A stretch of DNA of 64,000 nt from Micrococcales bacterium (GTDB lineage: Bacteria; Actinomycetota; Actinomycetes; Actinomycetales; Cellulomonadaceae), in NCBI GenBank assembly GCA_009777345.1, contig WRMB01000006.1, forward strand, positions 25,286-89,285, read 5' to 3'. A model generated the notes under the pieces. That model saw only the letters and a program-made list of their open reading frames with translations, searched no databases and was not told the origin of the DNA. A program made the position numbers and the translations under genes. This document shows, one piece after another, positions 38,771 through 47,720 of this stretch. How positions within the stretch are numbered: the stretch's first letter is position 1; each line of letters begins with the position of its first letter.

Positions 38771-39214
38771 ATGAAGTACCTGCACCCCGACACCTGTAGG
38801 ATCGACGATCCGGAGGTTGCTGATGACGAACTCGCTATACTGAAGATCGTCGTCGACGGTGAGGAGATCATCGCATACGGGCTGCACGGCGCCATCAGGA
38901 AAGCCTCTTGCTTTCTCCAAGGTGCGTGGCGTGCGGACCGAACACCGTCGCTGTATACTCTCCGCGGGGACGGTTGGGAGGTCCTGATGTGGGAGATTCT
39001 GATAGAGTCGCGGCCCAAGGCTGCCGCTCTGGATGTGTCGATAAGGACCACACTGTTTCGACTAATTCACTCGGGTTGCCGTGTTGCCTGGATAGGTGCT
39101 GAGGGACTGTCGTTCTGTGATCCATACCTGGGGTGGACTGCCGACTATGGGCAGGACAGTGGGGAGCGACTGGACTACATCAGATCGAGAACACACGTGG
39201 AGTTCGGGCTATGA
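38771..39214 (+). CDS. Hypothetical protein (orphan immunity-type)
   Basis: Open ORF in the array with no preceding toxin tip; stop overlaps the next ATG. Confidence 0.5.
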   Translation: MKYLHPDTCRIDDPEVADDELAILKIVVDGEEIIAYGLHGAIRKASCFLQGAWRADRTPSLYTLRGDGWEVLMWEILIESRPKAAALDVSIRTTLFRLIHSGCRVAWIGAEGLSFCDPYLGWTADYGQDSGERLDYIRSRTHVEFGL

Positions 39215-39561
39215 ACATCCGATCCATCATTCTCTCCGCGCTACCTCTGAACATCAGCGGTGTTGAAGTAGTGGATCCGGTCGTCACGCTGTTCGGCGAA
39301 GACTGGTCGCTTAATCTGATGTGTCCTTGGAAATTTGAAGATGCTGAGTCGTCTTTCTCGTGGGAGTCAGAATCCGTAGATCGGCGTGCGCGAAGTCTGG
39401 TAGGGCGTAAAATTGAGAAATTGATCGCCGGGGCGGAGGCGATTGACCCGGTTTTCTGTCTCTCTGGCGCTGCCTATCTTTCCATTTATGCCGATACCGA
39501 CATCGATCCCTGGACTCTGGTGATACCAGGATCCATAATTACTGGAAAGAAAGCGGGTTGA
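39211..39561 (+). CDS. Hypothetical beta-rich protein (orphan immunity-type)
   Basis: LFGEDWSLNLMCPW...LVGRKIE...DPVF...LSIYADTDIDPWTL; ATGA-coupled. Confidence 0.6.
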   Translation: MNIRSIILSALPLNISGVEVVDPVVTLFGEDWSLNLMCPWKFEDAESSFSWESESVDRRARSLVGRKIEKLIAGAEAIDPVFCLSGAAYLSIYADTDIDPWTLVIPGSIITGKKAG

Positions 39562-39576
39562 GGTTTGCGCCTCGGA

Positions 39577-39741
39577 GACGTTCAACTCGACCGAGCCGCG
39601 ATTGTGGTAGATTTTACAGAGGAAGGGAGAATGGTAGGGCTCGAGATTCTAGACGCTAGTAGGGTGTTGCCTGCACTGCTCATGAATGACACGTCTGGTG
39701 ATGACCCCGGATCCAGGCCAAGAACCCAGGAGCGACCCTAG
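39577..39741 (+). pseudogene. DUF2283 protein, C-terminal half
   Basis: My translation DVQLDRAAIVVDFTEEGRMVGLEILDASRVLPALL matches the DUF2283 C-terminal consensus (vDfd..G..vGiEil.AS..lp). No N-terminal half here. Confidence 0.7.
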
Positions 39742-40262
39742 TGAAGCAGATGTGGTCAAAATGCATCAACCTACCCGTCGGCGATGTATTGGTTGGTATT
39801 CACTACGAGTTGACGCGGTGGGAAACGCCGCCTTCATCGGAGTCGCCCGTCGATGAAGTTTGGGTCGCGTTGACACTACACTGGCAGGCCTCGCCCGCGA
39901 CACGAATCTCCTGCTCTGCTGACACCCAGCGAGAGGGTCTGGTTTCGGGTGGGCCAAGGGAAGGCGACCCCGGGCCAGACACTGAGACCACCGATGTGTC
40001 GGAACGTTGGCATTGCTTAATGGGAAAACGTTTGGAGGAATATTCCTTCTCGCACTCCGATTCTCCCACATTCTTGCCGTGGGCAGTGAAACTTCGTTTC
40101 GCCTCCGGTGAACATCTCATCATCTCGTTGGGCGAATTACTGCCTGATGGTCCGGGTTACATGCCGGACTCTCTGCTGGTCACCGACTCACGTGAGGTCG
40201 CTCATGCCCTACGTCCACAAGCCGCACTAGGCACTGCCTGGGGGGATGATGATAAACAGTGA
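39741..40262 (+). CDS. Hypothetical protein (orphan immunity-type)
   Basis: 173-aa open ORF, TAGTG-coupled; WAVKLRFASGEHLIISLGE...YMPDSLLV. Confidence 0.6.
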   Translation: MKQMWSKCINLPVGDVLVGIHYELTRWETPPSSESPVDEVWVALTLHWQASPATRISCSADTQREGLVSGGPREGDPGPDTETTDVSERWHCLMGKRLEEYSFSHSDSPTFLPWAVKLRFASGEHLIISLGELLPDGPGYMPDSLLVTDSREVAHALRPQAALGTAWGDDDKQ

Positions 40263-40440
40263 TTTTTCTACAGGGGCCCTCGTGATCGCTCGCAGCATTC
40301 TGAAGATAGTCGACGGCGGTGAAGAGGTGCAAGGCCCCGCAATCCGAGCCGACAACCTTGCGGAGATGGTAGATGGTCATGGTCATAACGCGTGAAGAAC
40401 TCGCTGCAGCGATCAATGAGACGTCGCTGGTGGGCAGCCA

Positions 40441-40743
40441 ATGACCGAACCGAACCCCGCCGACGCTTACGAGCGGTGGCAGGACGCCTACGAAACCGTG
40501 TGGCAGCACCCGACACGCCTGACGGCGACGCCGTGCCCGAGTTGTGGGCATCTAGACCTGAGGCTGCTCTTCGTGGCCTTTTCGGGCTCGTCATCTGCCG
40601 TGATGCCTGCCTTCTGGTGTGACGCGTGCCGACGGGGACTCCCACCAACGCGGGGCGTCCTGCCGCCGTGGGCGACATCGGTACAGTGGGAGTCTGTCGA
40701 CCTGCCCGACTATCGCCTGGTGGTGCCAGAGGAGTCGGAGTAA
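40441..40743 (+). CDS. Small zinc-ribbon protein (putative immunity)
   Basis: CPSCG...FWCDAC (two CxxC pairs), 100 aa. Confidence 0.65.
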   Translation: MTEPNPADAYERWQDAYETVWQHPTRLTATPCPSCGHLDLRLLFVAFSGSSSAVMPAFWCDACRRGLPPTRGVLPPWATSVQWESVDLPDYRLVVPEESE

Positions 40744-40744
40744 G

Positions 40745-40810
40745 CGTCAGGAGTACACGATCGTGCGGGACTGTTTTGGCGGACTGGTGACAATACACCC
40801 TGGGAGGTAG
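40745..40810 (+). pseudogene. Very short toxin C-terminal tip (fragment)
   Basis: RQEYTIVRDCFGGLVTIHPGR* resembles terminal Y.vV.D..G.++T.HPG motifs of RNase-type toxin tips. Confidence 0.35.
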
Positions 40811-40814
40811 GGGC

Positions 40815-41096
40815 GTGCCAATTACTGTAGTACTCAGACTGGTCGTCGTGGTGGTGACTGGTGCCTGGGGTGCGGCGGGTCCTCTGGCGCGGTCTGGTGG
40901 GGTCGGTGGGCAGTACGACTATGCCTGGGGCGACGACGGTCAGGTCGTGTCGGTGGTGTTCCCCAACCAGGTCACCACCGCCTGGGACTACGACGATGCC
41001 GGGCGAGGTAAGCCGAACAGTCGGGGGCAGACCGTGGTAGTTCGGGGTGCTGTCGTTGACGGCGTCCCGCGTGCTGGGACGGCGTTCACTCCATGA
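40815..41096 (+). pseudogene. YD/RHS repeat remnant fused in-frame to the last ~29 aa of a toxin tip
   Basis: QYDYAWGDDGQVVSVVFPNQVTTAWDYDDAGR (YD repeats) joined to GKPNSRGQTVVVRGAVVDGVPRAGTAFTP*. Confidence 0.7.
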
Positions 41097-41443
41097 CTGT
41101 GAACCCGATTCCGCCGCTAGTGTTGGATCTCATCGAGTCTATCATCAATCACCTTCCCGAAGCGGATCGCTCAGTCCTCCTTGCCCAAGCACGATCGGCG
41201 GATGTCGTAGAGGAGATTCCGGGTCGAGCGATCGATTTTGTCGTGAATTCGGACGCATCGCGTTCGTCGATACCAGATGGACCTGTTCGACCGATCCCCG
41301 CTGTAATGAGGCAAGATGGGCGGCTAGTTGGGGAGGTGATCCTTTGGATCCGGTCGGGCTACATCATTGGCCTGGAACAGCCTTGGTTTGGCGAATCTCC
41401 TATTGAGTTGTGGCCGAGGGCGAGCGACTTGGACTTCCCGTGA
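41093..41443 (+). CDS. Putative immunity protein
   Basis: ATGA-coupled; DGRLVGEVILWIRSGYIIGLEQPWFGESPIELWP. Confidence 0.65.
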   Translation: MTVNPIPPLVLDLIESIINHLPEADRSVLLAQARSADVVEEIPGRAIDFVVNSDASRSSIPDGPVRPIPAVMRQDGRLVGEVILWIRSGYIIGLEQPWFGESPIELWPRASDLDFP

Positions 41444-41571
41444 CAGAGCCTGCGAGCAGTTATGCCAATCCTCGGGGAAGGCCTGCAATCCGAGCTGGCA
41501 CGACGGTCGTCTCACGCACCAATACTGTCCGTGCGGTTGCGAACGAGCACAGTTTGATGATCCACGCGCGG

Positions 41572-41770
41572 ATGGATAAACTCATCAATGCTGATAGGGG
41601 TTATATTGGCGGCAGTAGTTTTACCGGCGGGACAACAGGCCACGCAGCGCAGCGCATCGCCGAAGCAGGTCTCGACGATCTCGATGCTCGATGTTGCTAT
41701 TCTCCGCGCAGGCCGATCACTCGAACAGGCAGACGGTGCCACTGCCTTCGTGACCTCTGCAGGAAGGAAC
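41572..41770 (+). pseudogene. DUF4258/colicin-like RNase toxin fragment, frameshifted by a 7-bp duplication
   Basis: GGTTGHAAQRIAEAGLDDLD. Removing one copy of CTCGATG (41680-41693) restores ...DLDVAILRAGRSLEQADGATAFV. Confidence 0.55.
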
Positions 41771-41789
41771 ACCGGCTTCGGCGGCATGA

Positions 41790-41951
41790 CGCAAAGCACG
41801 TGGCTTCACCGTCGACGCGGTCGTCGCGGCGACAGCGCTCGCACTGCCTGCCCCGGTGCTGGTCGTCACGGCAGATCCAGGCGACCTGTCGCTCCTGCTC
41901 GACGGCACGAACGTCACCGTCAGAGCTATCGCGGACGGCGCGACGAGTTGA
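41790..41951 (+). pseudogene. C-terminal half of a PIN-domain protein
   Basis: My translation GFTVDAVVAATALALPAPVLVVTADPGDLSLLLDGTNVTVRAI matches the DA.vAA.A...vvT.D..Dl PIN C-terminus. Confidence 0.6.
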
Positions 41952-42033
41952 CGGTAGCCACACCGCCTGGCGCGTCGGGGGGCCTCGGCCCTGCCTGCGC
42001 GGGGGAGTGAGAAGCGTGCCCTAGCCTTCGTCC

Positions 42034-42996
42034 ATGACCACTGCTACGTCCGAGCATCTGGACGTGCTGGCCCGGTCCCTGGAGACGTACCTGACGCATC
42101 TCGCGGTGGAACGTGGCCTGTCGGCCAACACGCTGGCCGCGTACCGTCGGGACCTGGTTCGCTATGTCGCCTATCTGCGCGGCCGGGGGGTCGGCGCGCC
42201 GGACGGGGTGGACGAGCGGGACATCGAGGAGTACGTCGTCGTGGCCCGGACCGGGTCCGACGGGCACGCGCCGCTGGGTGCGGGGTCCTCGGCCCGGGCG
42301 GTGGTCGCGGTGCGCGGCTGGCACCGCTTCCTGGCCGCGGAGGGCCTGACCGCCGACGACCCGGCCTGCCAGGTCCGCCCGCCGTCCCAGCCCCGGCGGC
42401 TGCCCAAGGCGATCACCGTGGACCAGGTGACTCGGCTGCTGGCGACAACCGAGGGCGAGGGCGCGTGCCGGATGCGCGACCGGGCGCTGCTGGAGCTGCT
42501 GTACTCCACCGGGGCCCGGATCTCCGAGGCCGTCGGGCTGGACGTGGACGATATCGACCTGACCGCGGACCGCGCCGCCGTGCGGCTGCTCGGCAAGGGC
42601 GGCAAGGAACGGGTGGTGCCCGTCGGCAGCTACGCGGTGCGGGCGCTGGAGGCGTACCTGGTGCGGGCCCGTCCGTCGCTGGTCGCGGCCGGACGCGGTA
42701 CCCCCGCGGTGTTCTGCAACACCCGCGGCGGTCGGCTGTCGCGGCAGAGCGCCTGGCAGGTGCTGCGCCGGGCCGCGGTGCGCGCCGGGCTGCCCAACGC
42801 CGAGCACATCTCGCCGCACACGCTGCGGCACTCGTTCGCCACCCACCTGCTGTCCGGCGGCGCGGACGTGCGGGTGGTCCAAGAGCTGCTGGGTCACGCC
42901 TCGGTCAGCACCACCCAGCTGTACACGCTGGTCACGGTGCAGGGCCTGCGGGAGGTCTACCTGGCCGCCCACCCGCGGGCGGTAGAAGCCCGGTGA
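42034..42996 (+). CDS. xerD: Tyrosine recombinase XerD
   Basis: [72 protein letters not shown]...TQLY; upstream of parA-scpAB. Confidence 0.93.
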   Translation: MTTATSEHLDVLARSLETYLTHLAVERGLSANTLAAYRRDLVRYVAYLRGRGVGAPDGVDERDIEEYVVVARTGSDGHAPLGAGSSARAVVAVRGWHRFLAAEGLTADDPACQVRPPSQPRRLPKAITVDQVTRLLATTEGEGACRMRDRALLELLYSTGARISEAVGLDVDDIDLTADRAAVRLLGKGGKERVVPVGSYAVRALEAYLVRARPSLVAAGRGTPAVFCNTRGGRLSRQSAWQVLRRAAVRAGLPNAEHISPHTLRHSFATHLLSGGADVRVVQELLGHASVSTTQLYTLVTVQGLREVYLAAHPRAVEAR

Positions 42997-43096
42997 CCAG
43001 GGCGGTCGCCCTGAGCCTCGAGCACCAGGGACCGGGTGACAGGGCTCGCGGTGTGCCCAACCTCACGTCGTGGGCATTTCGGGTAAGTTGTCACCC

Positions 43097-43966
43097 GTGG
43101 TGACTACCGAGACCACGCCTGGTCAGACCGACATCGTGGGCAGGCCTCTGCTCGACTTCGCGGAACCGCCGCCGTTGACCCAGCACGGTCCGGCGCGGGT
43201 GATCGCGCTGTGCAACCAGAAGGGCGGCGTCGGCAAGACCACGACGACGATCAACCTGGCCGCGGCCCTGGCCGAGTACGGCCGCCGGGTGCTCGTCGTG
43301 GACTTCGACCCGCAGGGCGCGGCGACGGTCGGGCTGGGCGTCAGCCCGTACGAGATCGAGCAGTCCGTCTACGACCTCATCATGTCGACCGAGCCGGACC
43401 CGGTGTCCGTGCTCAAACACACCCCGGTCGAGGGTCTGGACGTCGTCCCGGCGAATATCGACCTGTCCGCGGCCGAGGTGCAGCTGGTCAACGAGGTGGC
43501 CCGGGAGCAGGTGCTGTCCCGGGCGATCCGACCGGTCCTCGACGACTACGACATCGTGCTGATCGACTGCCAGCCGTCGTTGGGGCTGCTCACCATCAAC
43601 GCGCTGACCGCCGCCCACGGGGTGCTCATCCCGCTGGTCTGCGAGTTCTTCGCGCTGCGCGGGGTGGGGCTGCTCAAGGAGACGACGATCGACAAGGTCT
43701 CCGACCGGCTGAACCCCCGGCTGCGCATCGACGGCATCGTCGCCACCATGTTCGACCCGCGTCCGCTGCACTCGCGGGAGATGGTCCAGGTGGTCTACGA
43801 CCGCTTCGGCGACACGCTGCTGCAGACCACTATCCCGCGGACCGTGAAGCTGCCCGACGCCACGGTCGCCGCCGAACCGATCACTACCTACGCCCCGACG
43901 CACGCCAGCGCGGACGCCTACCGCCAGCTGGCCCGTGAGCTCGTCGCCCGTGGCGACGCCGCCTGA
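43097..43966 (+). CDS. ParA/Soj family ATPase
   Basis: NQKGGVGKTTT, DFDPQG, IDCQPSLGLL. Confidence 0.93.
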   Translation: MVTTETTPGQTDIVGRPLLDFAEPPPLTQHGPARVIALCNQKGGVGKTTTTINLAAALAEYGRRVLVVDFDPQGAATVGLGVSPYEIEQSVYDLIMSTEPDPVSVLKHTPVEGLDVVPANIDLSAAEVQLVNEVAREQVLSRAIRPVLDDYDIVLIDCQPSLGLLTINALTAAHGVLIPLVCEFFALRGVGLLKETTIDKVSDRLNPRLRIDGIVATMFDPRPLHSREMVQVVYDRFGDTLLQTTIPRTVKLPDATVAAEPITTYAPTHASADAYRQLARELVARGDAA

Positions 43967-44867
43967 CGTCGCGCGGGACCAGCCCCAGCCGTCGGGCGTC
44001 GGTTCGTCCGACCGGCCGTCGGGAACCTCGGGGTTCGAGGTCCACCTGGACGTCTTCTCCGGGCCGTTCGACCTGCTGCTGGGGTTGATCGCCAAGCACA
44101 AGCTGGACATCACCGAGGTGGCGCTGTCGCAGGTCACCGACGAGTTCCTGGGCTACCTGCGGGCTGCGGAGGCCGTCGGGTCCACCGGACACCCGGTTGA
44201 CGGCTGGGACCTGTCGCAGGCCAGCGAGTTCCTCGTCGTCGCCGCGACCCTGCTGGACCTCAAAGCGGCCCGGCTGCTGCCCGCCGGGGACGTGGAGGAC
44301 GCCGAAGACCTGGAGCTGCTGGAGGCCCGGGACCTGCTGTTCGCCCGCCTGCTGCAGTACCGCGCCTACAAGGAGATCGCCGCCACCCTGAGACAGCGCT
44401 GGGCCGTCGGGGCGCTGAGCCGCCCCCGGTCGGTGACCCTGGAACCACAGCTGGCGGTGCTGCTGCCCGATCTGGTCTGGACGCTGGGCCCCGACCAGCT
44501 GGCGGCGCTGGCGGCCCGGGCCCTGGCCCCGAAACCCGCCCCACCCGGGGTGGACCTGTCCCACCTGCACGTCAATGTGGTGTCGGTGCGGGAGCAGGCC
44601 GCGGTGCTGGCCGACCGGCTGCGCCGTCACGCCTCGGTGTCGTTCCGGGTGCTGGTGGCCGACGCCGGGTCCACGCTCGTCGTCGTGGCCCGGTTCCTGG
44701 CCCTGCTAGAGCTGTACCGGGAGGGCGCGGTGGCGTTCGACCAGGTCGTGGCGCTGGGTGACCTGACCGTACGGTGGACCGGCAGCGACGACGGCGCGGT
44801 GGACCTGACCACCGACTACGACGTCGACGGACTGGAAGCACCCGAGAACCAGGAGGCGTCGTCATGA
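43935..44867 (+). CDS. scpA: Condensin subunit ScpA
   Basis: FSGPFDLLLGLI, EFLVVAATLLDLK, RFLALLELY. Confidence 0.93.
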   Translation: MSSSPVATPPDVARDQPQPSGVGSSDRPSGTSGFEVHLDVFSGPFDLLLGLIAKHKLDITEVALSQVTDEFLGYLRAAEAVGSTGHPVDGWDLSQASEFLVVAATLLDLKAARLLPAGDVEDAEDLELLEARDLLFARLLQYRAYKEIAATLRQRWAVGALSRPRSVTLEPQLAVLLPDLVWTLGPDQLAALAARALAPKPAPPGVDLSHLHVNVVSVREQAAVLADRLRRHASVSFRVLVADAGSTLVVVARFLALLELYREGAVAFDQVVALGDLTVRWTGSDDGAVDLTTDYDVDGLEAPENQEASS

Positions 44868-45535
44868 CGCAGGACCCTGATGCAACCGAGTCGATCGACG
44901 AACCGGTCGACGAGAACGCCCCCGACGAGCCGGGATTCGACGTCGCCGACCTGCCCGGCGGTGCCGCCGCGGCGGTCGAGGCGGTGCTCATGGTGGCCGA
45001 CGAACCGGTGCCCGTGGTGCGGCTGGCCGCGCTGCTGGCGCTGCCCACCGCGGAGGTCGCCGCGCTCTGCGAAGAGCTGGCCGCGGAGTACCGGGGCGAG
45101 CACGGCGGTCGTCCCCGCGGTTTCGCGCTGCGGCAGGTGGCCGACGGCTGGCGGTTCTACTCGGCGGAGTCCTGCGCGGACGTCGTCGGCCGGTTCGTGG
45201 TCGACGGCCAGACCGCCCGGCTGACCCAGGCGGCGCTGGAGACGCTGGCGGTGGTGGCCTACCGCCAGCCGGTGAGCCGCGGGCAGGTCTCCGCGGTGCG
45301 GGGGGTGAACGTGGACGGGGTGATGCGTACCCTGACCAGTCGGGGCCTGGTCGCCGAGGTGGACCACGACCCGGTCACCGGCGCGGTGCTGTTCGGCACC
45401 ACGGGATACTTCCTGGAACGGATGGGCATGACCTCGTTGGACGAGCTGCCGCCGCTGGCCCCGCACCTGCCGGGCCTGGACGAGCTGGACATAGCCGAGC
45501 TGGGCATGGCCGAGCTGGACGACGTGGAGAGATGA
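44864..45535 (+). CDS. scpB: Condensin subunit ScpB
   Basis: VEAVLMVADEP, LTQAALETLAVVAYRQP, VRGVN, GTTGYFL...LDELPPL. Confidence 0.95.
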   Translation: MTQDPDATESIDEPVDENAPDEPGFDVADLPGGAAAAVEAVLMVADEPVPVVRLAALLALPTAEVAALCEELAAEYRGEHGGRPRGFALRQVADGWRFYSAESCADVVGRFVVDGQTARLTQAALETLAVVAYRQPVSRGQVSAVRGVNVDGVMRTLTSRGLVAEVDHDPVTGAVLFGTTGYFLERMGMTSLDELPPLAPHLPGLDELDIAELGMAELDDVER

Positions 45536-45545
45536 GGACCCGGGG

Positions 45546-46445
45546 ATGAGCGCGCGCAAGGCAGACCGACAGCAGGCGGCCGGTTCGGGTCGGCGGTCCG
45601 GCGGGTCCGGTCGTCGGCCTGACTCGTCCGGTCGTCCTGACCAGCCCCGTCGCTCTGCTCCCCAGCGCCGGGGTGCGTCGGGGCAGGAGCAGGACGGGCG
45701 TGACCGCGATGTGCACGACCCGGACGGGGTGCGGCTGCAGAAGGTGCTGGCCGGGGCGGGGCTGGGGTCCCGCCGGGCTTGCGAAGAGCTCATCGCCGCC
45801 GGTCGGGTGACCGTCGCCGGGCAGGTGGTCCGCGAGCTGGGGGTGCGGGTGGACCCGGTGGCCGCGGTCCTCCACGTCGACGGGGTGCGGGTGCCGCTGG
45901 ATACCACCCTGGTGACGCTGGCGCTGAACAAGCCGGTCGGGGTGGTCTCGTCCATGCGCGACGAGCAGGGCCGCCCGGACCTCGCCCAGTACGTCGCCGA
46001 CCGGCCCGAACGGCTGTTCCACGTCGGCCGCCTGGACGAGGAGACCGAAGGGCTGCTGCTGCTCACCAACGACGGCGACCTGGCGCACGGCCTGACCCAC
46101 CCGTCGCACGAGGTGGTGAAGACCTACCTGGCGGAGGTCGAGGGTCAGGTGCGGCCCCAGCTGGCCAAGCGCCTGCGCGCCGGGGTCGAGCTGGACGACG
46201 GCCCGGTGCGGGTCGACCGGTTCCAGGTGGTACAGCTGGGCTACCGCTCGACCCTGGTCGAGGTGGACCTGCACTCGGGACGCAACCGGGTGGTGCGTCG
46301 GCTCATGGAGCAGGTCGGGCACCCCGTGGTGCGCCTGGTGCGCACCCGGTTCGGGCCGATCCGCCTGGGCGAGCTGCGGTCGGGGCGCACCCGGGTGCTG
46401 TCGGCGCCGGAGGTGGGGTCGTTGATGTCGGCCGCGGGACTGTGA
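45546..46445 (+). CDS. rluB: RsuA/RluB-family pseudouridine synthase
   Basis: RLQKVLA..GLGSRR S4 domain, VGRLDEETEGLLLLTNDG, GRNRVVRR. Confidence 0.9.
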   Translation: MSARKADRQQAAGSGRRSGGSGRRPDSSGRPDQPRRSAPQRRGASGQEQDGRDRDVHDPDGVRLQKVLAGAGLGSRRACEELIAAGRVTVAGQVVRELGVRVDPVAAVLHVDGVRVPLDTTLVTLALNKPVGVVSSMRDEQGRPDLAQYVADRPERLFHVGRLDEETEGLLLLTNDGDLAHGLTHPSHEVVKTYLAEVEGQVRPQLAKRLRAGVELDDGPVRVDRFQVVQLGYRSTLVEVDLHSGRNRVVRRLMEQVGHPVVRLVRTRFGPIRLGELRSGRTRVLSAPEVGSLMSAAGL

Positions 46446-47605
46446 GCCGCGGGGCTGTGGGCGGCCCGGGCTCGCCCCTGGTACCGGGGGTGGCCGCCAC
46501 GACGGGCCCGGTGCGCATCGTCGGCGCTGGTCTGCTGGGTGCGTCGGTGGGGCTGGGCCTGCGCCGCAGCGGTGTCGAGGTGACGCTGGCCGATCCGTCG
46601 CCGACGGCGGTGGCCCTGGCCCGGGACGTCGGCGCGGGCCGCCCGGCCGCCGACGGCGACGCCGGACCGGCCCTGGTCGTGGTGGCCGCCCCGCCGGACG
46701 TCACCGCCGGTGTCGTAGCCGCCGAGCTGGTCGCGCACCCGTCGGCGGTGGTAACCGACGTGGCGTCGGTCAAGGGGCAGGTGCTGGCCACCCTGCGTAC
46801 CGTCGGGGCCGATCTGACCCGGTACGTCGGGTCGCACCCCATGGCCGGGCGGGAACGCACCGGCCCGGCCGCGGCGCTGCCGGACCTGTTCGCGGGCCGA
46901 CCCTGGGTGATCGTCGACCACGGCGACCAGGGCAACGCCCCCCGGACCGATGCCGTCCTGGCGGTGCGGAACCTCGCCGTGGACCTGGGTGCGGTGCCGG
47001 TGACGCTGGACGCCGCGACGCACGACCAGGCGGTGGCTATCGTCTCGCACCTGCCGCAGCTGGTGGCCAGCCTGGTGGCGGCCCGGCTGCGTGACGCCCC
47101 GCCCGAGGCCCTGGAGCTGGCCGGGCAGGGGCTGCGCGACGTGACCCGGATCGCCGCCTCCGACCCGCAGCTGTGGACGGCGATCCTCGCGGCCAACGCG
47201 GCGGCGGTGCGCACCGGGCTGTCGGCGCTGCGCGACGACCTGGACGTCGTGCTGGACGCCCTGGGGCGGGTGCCGAGCCCCGCGGGCGGCGGCGCGCCCG
47301 AGGGGGTGCTGTCGGCGCTGGCCCGGACCCTGGCGGCGGGCAACGACGGGGTGGCGCGGGTGCCCGGCAAGCACGGCGGCCAGCGGCGACGCTACGCGCA
47401 GGTCAGCGTCCTGGTCCCGGACACGCCCGGGTCGCTGGCGGCGCTGCTCACCCAGGTCGGCGAGACCGGGGTGAACCTGGAGGACTTGGCGATCGAGCAC
47501 GCCGCCGGTCGACCGGTGGGTATCGCCGACGTGTCGGTGCTGCCAGAGGCGGCCGCTCGGCTGGAGACTGAGCTGACCGCCCGGGGATGGACGGTCGTGC
47601 GGTGA
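46442..47605 (+). CDS. tyrA: Prephenate dehydrogenase with C-terminal ACT domain
   Basis: GAGLLGAS Rossmann motif, DVASVK, GSHPMAGRE, HDQAVAIVSHLPQ, RDVTRIAASDP, VPDTPGSLA. Confidence 0.92.
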   Translation: MSRGAVGGPGSPLVPGVAATTGPVRIVGAGLLGASVGLGLRRSGVEVTLADPSPTAVALARDVGAGRPAADGDAGPALVVVAAPPDVTAGVVAAELVAHPSAVVTDVASVKGQVLATLRTVGADLTRYVGSHPMAGRERTGPAAALPDLFAGRPWVIVDHGDQGNAPRTDAVLAVRNLAVDLGAVPVTLDAATHDQAVAIVSHLPQLVASLVAARLRDAPPEALELAGQGLRDVTRIAASDPQLWTAILAANAAAVRTGLSALRDDLDVVLDALGRVPSPAGGGAPEGVLSALARTLAAGNDGVARVPGKHGGQRRRYAQVSVLVPDTPGSLAALLTQVGETGVNLEDLAIEHAAGRPVGIADVSVLPEAAARLETELTARGWTVVR

Positions 47606-47640
47606 GCGGGAAGGTAGGGTTCCTACGACTTGCTGCCAGT

Positions 47641-47665
47641 TCGAGAACTCTGCCGTCGATTCGAG
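47641..47665 (+). repeat. Second, degenerate copy of the murC-ftsQ REP-like arm
   Basis: TCGAGAACTCTGCCGTCGATTCGAG versus TCGAGGCTTCTGTCGCCGATTCGAG: 20/25 identical; intergenic between tyrA and cmk. Confidence 0.55.
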
Positions 47666-47720
47666 TCGATGACCGAGGTCTCGGACGCGACCTCTTGCGG
47701 GAGTGCTGGAAGGTAGTGCG

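Larger units (their letters stand above)
36068..41951 (+). other. Collapsed RHS/YD polymorphic-toxin locus: array of orphan toxin tips and immunity-type genes
   Basis: Visibly lower GC than the flanks. All modules are on the + strand with ATGA/TAGTG stop-start coupling. A YD-repeat remnant lies at about 40890-41005, and a secreted-protein N-terminus lies at 36068. Confidence 0.85.

Noticed and set aside
40263-40444. Broken reading frames (VIARSILKIVDGGEE... and MVITREELAAAINE...) upstream of the Zn-ribbon gene
   Set aside because: Probably a gene remnant, but I cannot tell whether it is toxin or immunity, so it is not listed as a feature.
41951-42996. xerD as the integrase of the toxin array
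   Set aside because: It has host-like GC and sits in its normal chromosomal context (xerD-parA-scpAB); the adjacency alone is not evidence.
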